Of a stretch of DNA of 64,000 bases, positions 8,757 to 17,128 are shown one piece after another. The position numbers were made by a program, and so were the translations under genes. Location: positions 96,001-160,000 of the forward strand of contig CAWJBB010000050.1 in the NCBI GenBank assembly GCA_963840855.1, written 5' to 3'. The DNA comes from an uncultured delta proteobacterium. Its GTDB lineage: Bacteria > Desulfobacterota > Binatia > UBA9968. The notes beneath the pieces are model-generated. The model was not told where the DNA came from. It made no database searches and saw only the letters and a program-made list of their open reading frames with translations. Numbering within the stretch: the stretch's first letter is position 1; every line of letters starts with the position of its first letter.

Positions 8757-9743
8757 TTACTTGATCACCTGATCCGCCCGCGCCAACACGTTCGGCGGGA
8801 TAGTCAGGCCGATCTGCTTCGCCGCTTTCAGACTGATAATGAACTCGAACTTCTTCGGCTGTTCGACGGGAAGATCGGCGGGCTTGGTCCCTTTTAGGAT
8901 TTTGTCAACGTAAGTGGCGGCGCGCCGCCACATATCAGCAAGGCTTGCTCCATAGAACATGAGGCCGCCGACATCCACAAATTCCCTATGTGCGTACATC
9001 GCCGGCAACCGGCTCTTGGCCGAAAGGGCCACAATTCGTCCTGCCTGACTAACGAACATCGGGTCTGGCAGCACCATAAGCGCCCTGGCTCCCTCGCGGG
9101 TTGTGGCCTCGAAAGCCTTGTCAAACTCGGTTGGATCGCGGACCTCTTGGACCCGAATCTGGACTCCCAATGCTCGGGCCGCAACCTCCATGCCTTTTAG
9201 CGACAGCTCACTGTCTGGATTCCTTGGATTCGAGAGCACAGCCACCCGGGAGACCTTCGGGACGGCTTCCTTGAGCACCTCCAACCGTTTCCCGCTTAAC
9301 TCTTGCCCGAGAGCGGTCAGTCCCGTGATGTTTCCCCCAGGGCGCGCAAGGCTAGCAACGAGCCCGCCCGCGACAGGATCGCCGGTCGTCACCATGACAA
9401 TGGGAATCGCACCAGTGGTGTTTTTCACAGCTATAATCCCTGGTGTAGACCCTACTACGATCACGTCCGCCTTAAGGCGGACAAGCTCAGCAGCGAAACC
9501 TGCGAGACGTTCGATATTACCTTCAGCATACCTAGGCTCAAGCTTGATGTTCTGTTCCTCCACGTACCCGTGTTCGCGTAACCCTTGTCGAAGCGCGTCG
9601 ACCAGTTGAGGAGCACCAGACGCGCTGGCGGGAACAAAGGCGCCTATCCGGTGAACTTTCTTCGGCTGCTGCGCTTCGGCTGTAACTCCAAGAGCAAGCA
9701 ACACCACGGCAACAAGGATTGATGGCACCGCAGCCTTTGTCAT
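8757..9743 (-). CDS. ABC transporter substrate-binding protein (COG2984-type) SBP2
   Basis: same family motifs as SBP1. Confidence 0.95.
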   Translation of the reverse strand: MTKAAVPSILVAVVLLALGVTAEAQQPKKVHRIGAFVPASASGAPQLVDALRQGLREHGYVEEQNIKLEPRYAEGNIERLAGFAAELVRLKADVIVVGSTPGIIAVKNTTGAIPIVMVTTGDPVAGGLVASLARPGGNITGLTALGQELSGKRLEVLKEAVPKVSRVAVLSNPRNPDSELSLKGMEVAARALGVQIRVQEVRDPTEFDKAFEATTREGARALMVLPDPMFVSQAGRIVALSAKSRLPAMYAHREFVDVGGLMFYGASLADMWRRAATYVDKILKGTKPADLPVEQPKKFEFIISLKAAKQIGLTIPPNVLARADQVIK

Positions 9744-9848
9744 TGCGCACCTCGTTTCGAGCGTTATGTATCACGCGGATAGAGATAAAGGAAAGTGTGA
9801 TTTACGACGGAAGTCGACGACGTTTTGTCGAGGCAAAAGACCAAATTT

Positions 9849-9924
9849 GGATTGACACTGAACTGTACCAATAGCGTGAGGTGAATTTAGCAGGTTTGAG
9901 CCGATAGAGAATTCAATTCAATCC
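9849..9924. repeat. Palindromic element P, copy 6 (divergent)
   Basis: ggattgacactgaa ... gagaattcaattcaatcc. Confidence 0.8.
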
Positions 9925-9950
9925 TAGCATTGCCGCTTCGTTTTCTTCGA

Positions 9951-10928
9951 TTACTTGATCACTCTGTCCGCTCTCGCCAACACGTTGGGCGGGATCGTGA
10001 GACCGATCTGCTTCGCGGCTTTCAGATTGACGATGAATTCAAACTTCTTCGGCTGCTCGACGGGCAGATCCGCGGGCTTCACGCCTTTCAGAATCTTGTC
10101 GACGTAAAAAGCGGCGCGGCGATACAGATCGGAAATGCTCGTCGCATAGGTCATGAGCCCCCCGGCGTCAACAAATTCCTGCTCAGGATACATCCCCGGC
10201 AACCGGTATTTGACTGCCAACTTGACCAATCCTTTTTGATGAGTAACGAAAAACCCACCTCTGTCAGGGATGAAAGCATCTGCACGGGTCCGAACGATCG
10301 ATCGGAACCCGTTTTCCATATCTTCAGAACTTTCTACCGCAACAGAGTTGATGTGTACTTTGAGCAACCGCGCCGCGGCCTCGGTTTCTTTAAGATCACT
10401 GGACGGGCGGCGCACGTCCAAGAAAAAGGCTACGCGAGAAAGCTTTGGAATAGCTTCCTTGAGCAACTCAAGTCGCTTGCCTGCTAGATCGGAAACAAAA
10501 TTGCTCAGTCCCGTGATGTTTCCGCCGGGCCGTGCCAGGCTGGCGATGAATCCCTCGTTAACAGGGTCTGCCGTGTTGGCCATGATGATCGGAATGGCGC
10601 CGGTGGCTTGCTTGGCGGCACGAGTCGGAGACCCGCCCGCGGTGACGATGCAGTCGACCTTGAGACGCACGAGGTCGGCCGCCAGCTCCGGAAGGCGATC
10701 GATGTTTCCTTCCGCCGAGCGGTACTCAATAGCGACGTTTGTTCCTTCTACGTAGCCAAACTCTCGCAGCCCTTGGCGGAAGGAATCGAGCCGGGATGCC
10801 AACGAGGAAAGTGAGGCGGTCGAAATAAAACCTATCCGCGGAACTTTCCCTTGCTGCTGCGCCTGAGTGGGAACGCTGAGCGCCAAGAGCAAAGCGCTAA
10901 GAGCCAAAGCAAAAATGTGTTTCATCAT
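9951..10928 (-). CDS. ABC transporter substrate-binding protein (COG2984-type) SBP3
   Basis: same family motifs; different signal peptide. Confidence 0.95.
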   Translation of the reverse strand: MMKHIFALALSALLLALSVPTQAQQQGKVPRIGFISTASLSSLASRLDSFRQGLREFGYVEGTNVAIEYRSAEGNIDRLPELAADLVRLKVDCIVTAGGSPTRAAKQATGAIPIIMANTADPVNEGFIASLARPGGNITGLSNFVSDLAGKRLELLKEAIPKLSRVAFFLDVRRPSSDLKETEAAARLLKVHINSVAVESSEDMENGFRSIVRTRADAFIPDRGGFFVTHQKGLVKLAVKYRLPGMYPEQEFVDAGGLMTYATSISDLYRRAAFYVDKILKGVKPADLPVEQPKKFEFIVNLKAAKQIGLTIPPNVLARADRVIK

Positions 10929-10937
10929 TCTTTCCTC

Positions 10938-10965
10938 TCACGCCTTACGCCTCACGGCTCACGCC
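10938..10965. repeat. Heptamer tandem repeat (tcacgcc x4)
   Basis: tcacgcc ttacgcc tcacggc tcacgcc between SBP4 stop and SBP3 start. Confidence 0.8.
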
Positions 10966-11945
10966 TATCGAATCACTTTGTCCGCCCGCGCCAGCACGTT
11001 CGGCGGAATCGTCAGGCCGATCTGCTTGGCGGTTTTTAGATTGATGACGAACTCGAACTTCATCGGCTGCTCGACGGGGAGATCGGCGGGGTTGGCGCCT
11101 TTGAGGATTTTGTCCACATACGTAGCGGCGCGGCGGGCCAAGTCGTTGAGGTTCACGCCGTAGGTCATAAGCCCCCCGGCTTCCACAATTTCTCGATTGC
11201 GGTATATCACTGGGAGCCGGCTCTTTGCCCCGAGTTCTAGAATCTCGGCTCGGCGAGGATCGAGGTTGGGGCCCGATACCTGGACAATGACTGCCTCAGC
11301 CCGCCCCTTGGCTGCGGCTTGGAAGGCACTCTCAAAATCCTTGGGACTTTGGATGTCAAGGTATTGAACCTTCACTCCGAGCGCCCCTGCCGCGAGGTCA
11401 ATCTCTTTTTGAATTTGCGCGTAGTCCGGGGTGGCGAAGACGGCCACGCGCGAGAGCTTGGGAACGATCTCCTTCAGAAGCTCCAGTTGTTTGCCGCTCA
11501 ACTCCGGGCGAAGGGTTGCCAATCCCGTAATGTTTCCACCAGGCCGCGCTAGACTCGCCACGAAGCCGCTCCCAACAGGATCGCCACCTTGAACCATGAC
11601 AATGGGGATTGTGGCAGTCGCCTCCTTGGCCGCGCGTATATCTCCCGAACCGCCCGCAACGATGACGTCTATTTTGAGACGCACCAGGTCGGCCGCGAGC
11701 GCGCGCTGGCGATCGCGGTTTCCCTCACCAGATCGCCACTCAATGATAATGTTTTCCCCCTCAACGTACCCAACCTCGCGCAGCGCCCGCCGGAATGCCT
11801 CGCGTGAGGCCGACGCAGCGGACACAGGCGTATTAGTTAGGTATCCTATCCGCGGGACTTTCTTCGGCTGCTGTGCCTCGGCCAGGACCGCAACAGCAAG
11901 CATTACGACTGCAACCAGGATTGATGCCCATCCAGCTTTTTTCAT
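10965..11945 (-). CDS. ABC transporter substrate-binding protein (COG2984-type) SBP4
   Basis: MKKAGWASILVAVV start by homology to paralogs; family motifs. Confidence 0.95.
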   Translation of the reverse strand: MKKAGWASILVAVVMLAVAVLAEAQQPKKVPRIGYLTNTPVSAASASREAFRRALREVGYVEGENIIIEWRSGEGNRDRQRALAADLVRLKIDVIVAGGSGDIRAAKEATATIPIVMVQGGDPVGSGFVASLARPGGNITGLATLRPELSGKQLELLKEIVPKLSRVAVFATPDYAQIQKEIDLAAGALGVKVQYLDIQSPKDFESAFQAAAKGRAEAVIVQVSGPNLDPRRAEILELGAKSRLPVIYRNREIVEAGGLMTYGVNLNDLARRAATYVDKILKGANPADLPVEQPMKFEFVINLKTAKQIGLTIPPNVLARADKVIR

Positions 11946-12052
11946 TGCGCACCTCGTGCTGGAGACTATCACGCGCACCATAATTCCGAAAACAATTATT
12001 TAAGGCAGAAAAGGCAACGACTCGTCGAGAGGAAAAATACGAAATCCGACGT

Positions 12053-12122
12053 AGGATTGAACTGAACGACGCATCGGACAAATCTCACAGCATTGCGTCG
12101 TCGGAGAATTCAGTTCAATCCT
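12053..12122. repeat. Palindromic element P, copy 7
   Basis: 14-bp IR aggattgaactgaa / ttcagttcaatcct; inner stem acgacgca/tgcgtcgt; cggagaa bulge. Confidence 0.95.
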
Positions 12123-12147
12123 GGCTTCGCATTTTGCTTTTCTTCCA

Positions 12148-12768
12148 TCACTTGATCAACTTGGTCGCCCGCGCGAGTACCTCCGGCGGAATCGTGACGC
12201 CGATCTGCTTCGCGGTTTTGAGATTGATCACCAGCTCAAACTTCGTCGGCTGCTCCACCGGAAGTTCAGCGGGCTTGGCGCCTTTAAGAATCCTGTCCAC
12301 GAAATATGCGACGCGCCGGTAGCTGTCCGCTTCGTCCGCCCCGTAGTACATGAGCCCGCCGGCGTTTACAGCTTCTCTGTTGCCGAACACCGACGGTAGC
12401 CGGCTCTTAAACGCAAATTCCAGGATCCGTTTTCGGTTAGGACGCATTACCCTGCCCGCGGTCACCGGGTAGAGTCCATCCGGGCGCTCCTTGTTTAGCG
12501 CAGCAAAGACCTTATCGAAGTCGTCCACCGCTCGTATCTGCCAAGGTTGAATAGTCACCTTTAGCGCACGCGCGTCGGCTGGGAGAAGCTCTTTCACCTC
12601 GTGTAAACTTTGCGGATTGGCCGGATCGTAGAGAACCGCGACACTGGCAAGTTTGGGTACCGCTTCTTTGAGCAGCTCCAGCCGCTTCCCGCCTAGTTCT
12701 CCGGTAAGGTTGGTAACGCCCGTGACGTTGCCGCCGGGACGGGCAAGGGTTTCAACCAAGCCTGCCTC
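12148..12768 (-). pseudogene. 5'-truncated SBP (SBP5), interrupted by IS21 end
   Basis: homology starts at EAGLVETLARPGGNVTG; N-terminal ~120 aa missing. Confidence 0.88.
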
Positions 12769-13015
12769 TGACCGATTTCACGGAACGTACCCACCCAATT
12801 TCAACGAAGGGACCCACCTGATTTCAAGGAAGGGACCCACCCAATTTCAGGTGGTCCCCTTCGTTTCTGAGCGAGCCGACGAACGATGCTACCTTGGCCA
12901 ACTGGAGGAGGATCCAGTTAATGGCCAAAGAAAGGACCAGCGTTCGTATGCGAGCTCAAATCAAAACCCTGTCCGAACAGGGGCACTCCGTTCGCCGTAT
13001 TGCCCGGATACTTTT
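12769..13015 (+). mobile_element. IS21-family left end with truncated istA
   Basis: starts TG; three 23-bp tandem terminal repeats at 12774-12842; GGAGGAGG RBS, ATG 12921 MAKERTSVRMRAQIKTLSEQGHSVRRIARIL (IstA-like HTH), then truncated. Confidence 0.8.
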
Positions 13016-13212
13016 ATCGGGCTCCTCGGGTATAGCGATGCGCGCGTTTAGGAGGGCTCAAGTTGGTACACCTAGAAGGGGGCACACCTTGGTACACCTA
13101 GGGGGGCTCACGTGGGGGTACCCGTCACAATACATAAGAAAGTACATTCTTAAGTACATTACTAGAGAATTATTCTCTTATGTATTCTTTCTTGTGGGTA
13201 GATAGGTCGGTG

Positions 13213-13641
13213 ATGGGTAGCAAGTCTAAAGTTGATGTTACGAAGTATTCTTGGCCGGCATCACTACCAGAGAAGCCAAACCTTCGATTGGTAGGAACGA
13301 GGCGCCGGATAAAGTTGAAGGGGGAGTTTTTTGGGCCTGTCCCAGCCTGGTGGTTGATCCAGGCTTTACGGGCAGGGATACGAAAAAGCTATGGTGCGGT
13401 TTTTATTGGGCTGCTGTTATGGCGGCAGTATTGGCTTGAACGCCAGAAGCAGCCGTTAAAATTGACCGGAGCGGTATTGAAGAAATTTGGACTCGAGAAA
13501 CGTTTTGCGCGGCACGCCCTAGACGCCCTGGAGAAAGCCGGCCTGATTTATGTGCAAAAGTTTAATTACCGGTCTCCACTGATAACGATCGTGACACAAG
13601 AAAAGGACTATCTTTCATGGACGAAGCGATTAGATACATGA
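13213..13641 (+). CDS. Winged-helix-like DNA-binding protein (possibly replication-related)
   Basis: KFGLEKRFARHALDALEKAGLIYV wHTH-like pattern. Confidence 0.55.
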   Translation: MGSKSKVDVTKYSWPASLPEKPNLRLVGTRRRIKLKGEFFGPVPAWWLIQALRAGIRKSYGAVFIGLLLWRQYWLERQKQPLKLTGAVLKKFGLEKRFARHALDALEKAGLIYVQKFNYRSPLITIVTQEKDYLSWTKRLDT

Positions 13642-13860
13642 ACGAGGCTTGGCGAAAAGTAATCGCACATGAGGCGCGGGAGCTCGTGGAGCGAAAGTGT
13701 CAGAGATCCCACAACCAGGACAAAAAAAGGTCGGACTCGATGACCACTTTGTTGCAGGCGGGCGCATTGAGGACTTGGAAACGTTCACGCTTGGCGGGCA
13801 GACCTTCCGGTCGACGTCGTTCTGGTATGGGCAATGGAAGTTAAAGGCGTAGTTAGCAGC

Positions 13861-14064
13861 ATGACACGGTTTGCTTGTGCGTGGAAAGGGTGCAGCGAAA
13901 AGTGGGCGGGAAGTTTCGAGACGATGCCTATGGAATGGGGATGGCCGTCCCGTGCCAGCATCGACTTCATGAAACAGCGCGGACTCATCGATCAAGAAAT
14001 AGATTCTCCGTATCTCTGCCCAGCACATACGCACGAACTTTTGAGTATGAAAACTCAAGCCTAA
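13861..14064 (+). CDS. Small Cys/His-containing hypothetical protein
   Basis: CAWKGC...LCPAH. Confidence 0.45.
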   Translation: MTRFACAWKGCSEKWAGSFETMPMEWGWPSRASIDFMKQRGLIDQEIDSPYLCPAHTHELLSMKTQA

Positions 14065-14088
14065 CCAACGGAAAACCAACGAAAACCG

Positions 14089-14397
14089 ATGAGATTTGAA
14101 AAGGGCAACAAGGCAGGCCGCGGCGGCAAACGCAATCCGCCCGGTGGTCGGCCGACGAAAGCAGCTCTCGAAGCGCAGGAAGCTAGACTCGCCGTCTGGC
14201 AAAAGGAATTGGAGAAAAACGAATTGATACTTGCGCGACGCTACATCAAGCGAGCCATGAAATCAGACCGGGTTTTGATCGACGCACGAAAGGCGACTGT
14301 GCCGGATGCCAAGCACACCGTAGTGCTCGAGGACGGCGGGCTGCTCGAAAAGGCAATCAGGATAGCCGAGGAGCGAAGGCGTGGCCGTAACGGCTGA
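14089..14397 (+). CDS. Terminase-small-subunit/DUF5681-like protein 1
   Basis: N-terminal MRFEKGNKAGRGGKRNPPGGRPTK. Confidence 0.55.
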   Translation: MRFEKGNKAGRGGKRNPPGGRPTKAALEAQEARLAVWQKELEKNELILARRYIKRAMKSDRVLIDARKATVPDAKHTVVLEDGGLLEKAIRIAEERRRGRNG

Positions 14398-14432
14398 AAC
14401 CATCGTATCGAGTAAACCGACATAAAACCGAC

Positions 14433-14732
14433 ATGCCTTTTAAGAAAGGAAACAAGTTAGGACGGCACGGCAGGCAGAATCCTCCTGGTGGCAGGCCGAC
14501 CAAGGAACAAGCCGAGATCAATAAAGCCTTGATTGAAAAGTACTGGGTCGAGGTTGAGAAACGGATTAACTCGTTATTGACCAACTATTTCAAAGAAAAG
14601 GGAGCAGCTCGAGACGTTATAAACAGGCTCATTCCGTATGCGAAGCAGGGAATCGGGCATAGTGGGGAAGTTGGTGTTTGGCGCATAGATGCTTACGATC
14701 CTAAACACCCTGAACGAAACCGAAAAACCTGA
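14433..14732 (+). CDS. Terminase-small-subunit/DUF5681-like protein 2
   Basis: N-terminal MPFKKGNKLGRHGRQNPPGGRPTK; C-terminal HSGEV. Confidence 0.55.
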   Translation: MPFKKGNKLGRHGRQNPPGGRPTKEQAEINKALIEKYWVEVEKRINSLLTNYFKEKGAARDVINRLIPYAKQGIGHSGEVGVWRIDAYDPKHPERNRKT

Positions 14733-14773
14733 TTGTGTTTATTGGTCTGGGCCAGTCAGTGAACCGGGAAACG

Positions 14774-15121
14774 ATGAAACGAGAAGTAACCTTCAAAGAC
14801 TTCGCAACCGTGGCCAAGAAGCGCGGCCATACAGCCGAATCACTGGCGGATAGATTCAGGGGCAAGATCGAAAACCCCTCAGACTTTTTCGAGCGGATAA
14901 TGAGCTGCAGGTACAAGGGCGAGGATCGCTCATGGGTCGTGCTTCCCTACCGATCCGTCATTGAGTTCTACAACGAGGAGCTTCACTACTTCCGGGACTC
15001 AAACCAGAAGCACAGACAATGTGCTTGCGGCTGTGGGGCGCCAGTCTTTGACCGTAAAAAGTGGGCATCGCCAGCGTGTAAAAAGCGGATTCAGAGAAAT
15101 GGCGAACGTCGAGCTGCCTAG
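14774..15121 (+). CDS. Hypothetical protein with CACGCG...C zinc motif
   Basis: CACGCGAPV...WASPACKKR. Confidence 0.55.
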   Translation: MKREVTFKDFATVAKKRGHTAESLADRFRGKIENPSDFFERIMSCRYKGEDRSWVVLPYRSVIEFYNEELHYFRDSNQKHRQCACGCGAPVFDRKKWASPACKKRIQRNGERRAA

Positions 15122-15133
15122 AAGGCCACGGAC

Positions 15134-15436
15134 ATGCAAAAGGGGGTCGCGGAAGTGCTTGATTTCATTGAAGCCAAACCGGGACAAAATAGCGGGGTGG
15201 CTACTGAGGTATTCACCTACTCCCAAACCGGGACAAACGGGCCGTCAAAAAAGCGATGCCCGCTCCCATTTCGCGACGATTTTTCACCCAGCGACGAGAT
15301 TCTGGTATTTTACGCCAGCGAGCTGCTGTTCCTCCGCCAGATGACACCGGATGAACTGAGGCGCCGGTATGCCGAGAAGCGGGCTTTAGGCGGTGGCTGG
15401 ATACGAGATCGGATCGACGAGCCGAGGAAAGATTAA
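15134..15436 (+). CDS. Hypothetical protein
   Basis: 100-aa ORF in the element operon. Confidence 0.35.
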   Translation: MQKGVAEVLDFIEAKPGQNSGVATEVFTYSQTGTNGPSKKRCPLPFRDDFSPSDEILVFYASELLFLRQMTPDELRRRYAEKRALGGGWIRDRIDEPRKD

Positions 15437-15449
15437 AGCGTCGAAAGGC

Positions 15450-15728
15450 ATGAGCGATTCAAACCCCACCCTCGAAACCGTCCTCGAATCGCTTCTCCGG
15501 CGCATTGTGCGGGAGGAAATTGCGGCCGTGGCCCGAGAGGCGACCCATCAGGACAGGTTACTTGATGCCGAGGAAGCTGCGAAGACCCTTTCCGTCTCGG
15601 TAGAGTGGCTTTACCGAAACGCCAAAAGACTACCGTTCACTCGGAAGCTCGGACATAAGATGCTGAGATTCTCCAGCGTCGGGATTCAAAAATATCTTGC
15701 TATCAGAGCACCTGGTTGCAATTCATGA
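15450..15728 (+). CDS. Excisionase-like helix-turn-helix protein (HTH_17)
   Basis: LLDAEEAAKTLSVSVEWLY...LPFTRKLG..LRF. Confidence 0.85.
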   Translation: MSDSNPTLETVLESLLRRIVREEIAAVAREATHQDRLLDAEEAAKTLSVSVEWLYRNAKRLPFTRKLGHKMLRFSSVGIQKYLAIRAPGCNS

Positions 15729-15736
15729 TGGTTTGT

Positions 15737-15751
15737 TGTACATGATGTACA
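15737..15751. promoter_or_regulatory. Putative operator palindrome before Xre/integrase
   Basis: tgtaca-tga-tgtaca, 2 nt upstream of ATG 15754. Confidence 0.4.
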
Positions 15752-15753
15752 CC

Positions 15754-15948
15754 ATGACAGGTAAAGATATTCGACGCATCAGAAGAGCGATGGGTCTGAC
15801 GCAGAGCCAGTTAGCCAAACGGCTCGGGATAACATCGACTTCAGTGGCGCGCATGGAAAGGGGTGAGCAAAAAATAATGCAGGTGACCACACTGGCCGTC
15901 AAGTACCTCGATGTCGTGGAATCCAAAAAGAAAGGCAAGAAAAAATGA
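15754..15948 (+). CDS. Xre-family HTH transcriptional regulator
   Basis: IRRIRRAMGLTQSQLAKRLGITSTSVARMERG. Confidence 0.88.
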   Translation: MTGKDIRRIRRAMGLTQSQLAKRLGITSTSVARMERGEQKIMQVTTLAVKYLDVVESKKKGKKK

Positions 15949-17045
15949 GAGGCGAAGGGAGAAAATTTCAACGCGGCGCTGTCTGGTGGATCGCCTACTC
16001 GCGCAACGGTCACGAGTTCCGCGAGAGCGCTGATACCACGGACGAGCGCAAAGCGCAGCAATACTTGCAGAGACGACTGGAAGAGACCAAAAAACCGGAG
16101 TTTGTCGGGCCGAGTGAAAAGCGGCTTGATATGGACGACCTAGAGAGGAAAATCGAGGCGGACTATGTTCGCCACGGGCGGCGCTCCTTGGGAACCGTGA
16201 AGCAGTGCCTTAAGCCGGTCAAAGACTTTTTTCAGTTTGACCGTCTGGTGTATATTGCGCCATCAACAATCGAAGCATATCAGGATCACCGCTTGAAACA
16301 GGGCAAAGCACGGGCAACTGTCAACCGCGAAGTCCGTTACCTGCTCCATGGGTTTAAGCTCCTATTCGATGCCCATGAAATTTCATTTTTACCAAGGGTG
16401 AAACTGCTAGAAGGAGAAAACGTCCGCGAAGGCTTTGTGAATCGCCCAGAGTTTGACGCCGGCGCCGGGTTGATTAAGAATGAAGACGTGCGGGATATTG
16501 TCCAATTTCTCTATAACTCGGCGTGGCGTAGCGGTGAGGCAAAAAAGCTGGAATGGTCCAAGGTCGATACTCACGACTGGGTAATTCGCCTCAGCCGTAA
16601 AAACGAGAAGACTAAAAAGCCCCGAACGCTCGTGCTAGTCGGTGAACTGCGGGAAATTATCGAGCGGCGACTAGTGAAACGGACTCCAGAATGTCCCTAC
16701 GTTTTCCACCGGGGCGGTAAGCTAATCAAGTCATTCCGGCGAGCATTCAAGACGGCATTCAAAGACGCCGGGCTCGAAGGGACAGTACCACACGATCTGA
16801 GGCGGTCCGGGGTGCGCAATTTTACCAAGGCAGGCCTAAGCGAAAGCGAAGGGATGAGCATTAGCGGCCACCGAACCAACGCCGTATACAAACGCTACAA
16901 CATCATAGACGAAGATCTGCAACGTCAATCACTGGAACGGGTGGCGGAACAGCAGAAGCGAGAAATTGCGCAGCGAAAGGTCGTGCCGATCCGAAAAATA
17001 GGCTCTCGGACAAAACTCGGACAAAAAGCCAGTGTTAAGAGGTAA
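15945..17045 (+). CDS. Tyrosine recombinase/phage integrase
   Basis: WRSGEA (R), HDLRR, GHRT, RYN catalytic motifs; points at tRNA-Ser. Confidence 0.95.
   Translation: MRGEGRKFQRGAVWWIAYSRNGHEFRESADTTDERKAQQYLQRRLEETKKPEFVGPSEKRLDMDDLERKIEADYVRHGRRSLGTVKQCLKPVKDFFQFDRLVYIAPSTIEAYQDHRLKQGKARATVNREVRYLLHGFKLLFDAHEISFLPRVKLLEGENVREGFVNRPEFDAGAGLIKNEDVRDIVQFLYNSAWRSGEAKKLEWSKVDTHDWVIRLSRKNEKTKKPRTLVLVGELREIIERRLVKRTPECPYVFHRGGKLIKSFRRAFKTAFKDAGLEGTVPHDLRRSGVRNFTKAGLSESEGMSISGHRTNAVYKRYNIIDEDLQRQSLERVAEQQKREIAQRKVVPIRKIGSRTKLGQKASVKR
17006..17026 (+). repeat. Putative integrase arm-type sites
   Basis: tcggacaaaa direct repeat at 17006 and 17017, ~100 bp from the tRNA 3' end. Confidence 0.5.
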
Positions 17046-17128
17046 AGTGAACTTGACTTTTATCGGACAGGCTTTTGACTGGAAACCAATGAGTAGGGGT
17101 AAACCGCTGAATATGAAAGCAAAATATT

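Larger units (their letters stand above)
13016..17128 (+). mobile_element. Integrative, phage-satellite-like element remnant at tRNA-Ser
   Basis: co-oriented small ORFs, excisionase, Xre and integrase abutting the tRNA 3' end; no capsid or tail genes. Confidence 0.75.

Noticed and set aside
7518-12122. SBP array as a CRISPR array or classical integron
   Set aside because: Spacers are whole ~1.1-kb genes, there are no cas genes, the sites lack attC core motifs, and the nearby integrase is a phage-type tRNA-targeting enzyme with no recognisable IntI features.
12774-12849. 23-bp tandem repeats as mini-CRISPR or iterons
   Set aside because: There are no spacers, and their position between a TG terminus and an IstA-like start fits IS21 terminal repeats.
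7565-13051. Long antisense ORFs over the SBP genes (e.g. 9930-10487, 9103-9609)
   Set aside because: Shadow ORFs of conserved GC-rich coding sequence, with no independent motifs.
1-17128. Second att copy of tRNA-Ser defining the element's left end
   Set aside because: No tggcggagag copy was seen by eye in the window; the boundary is outside it or deleted, so the SBP array cannot be assigned to the element.
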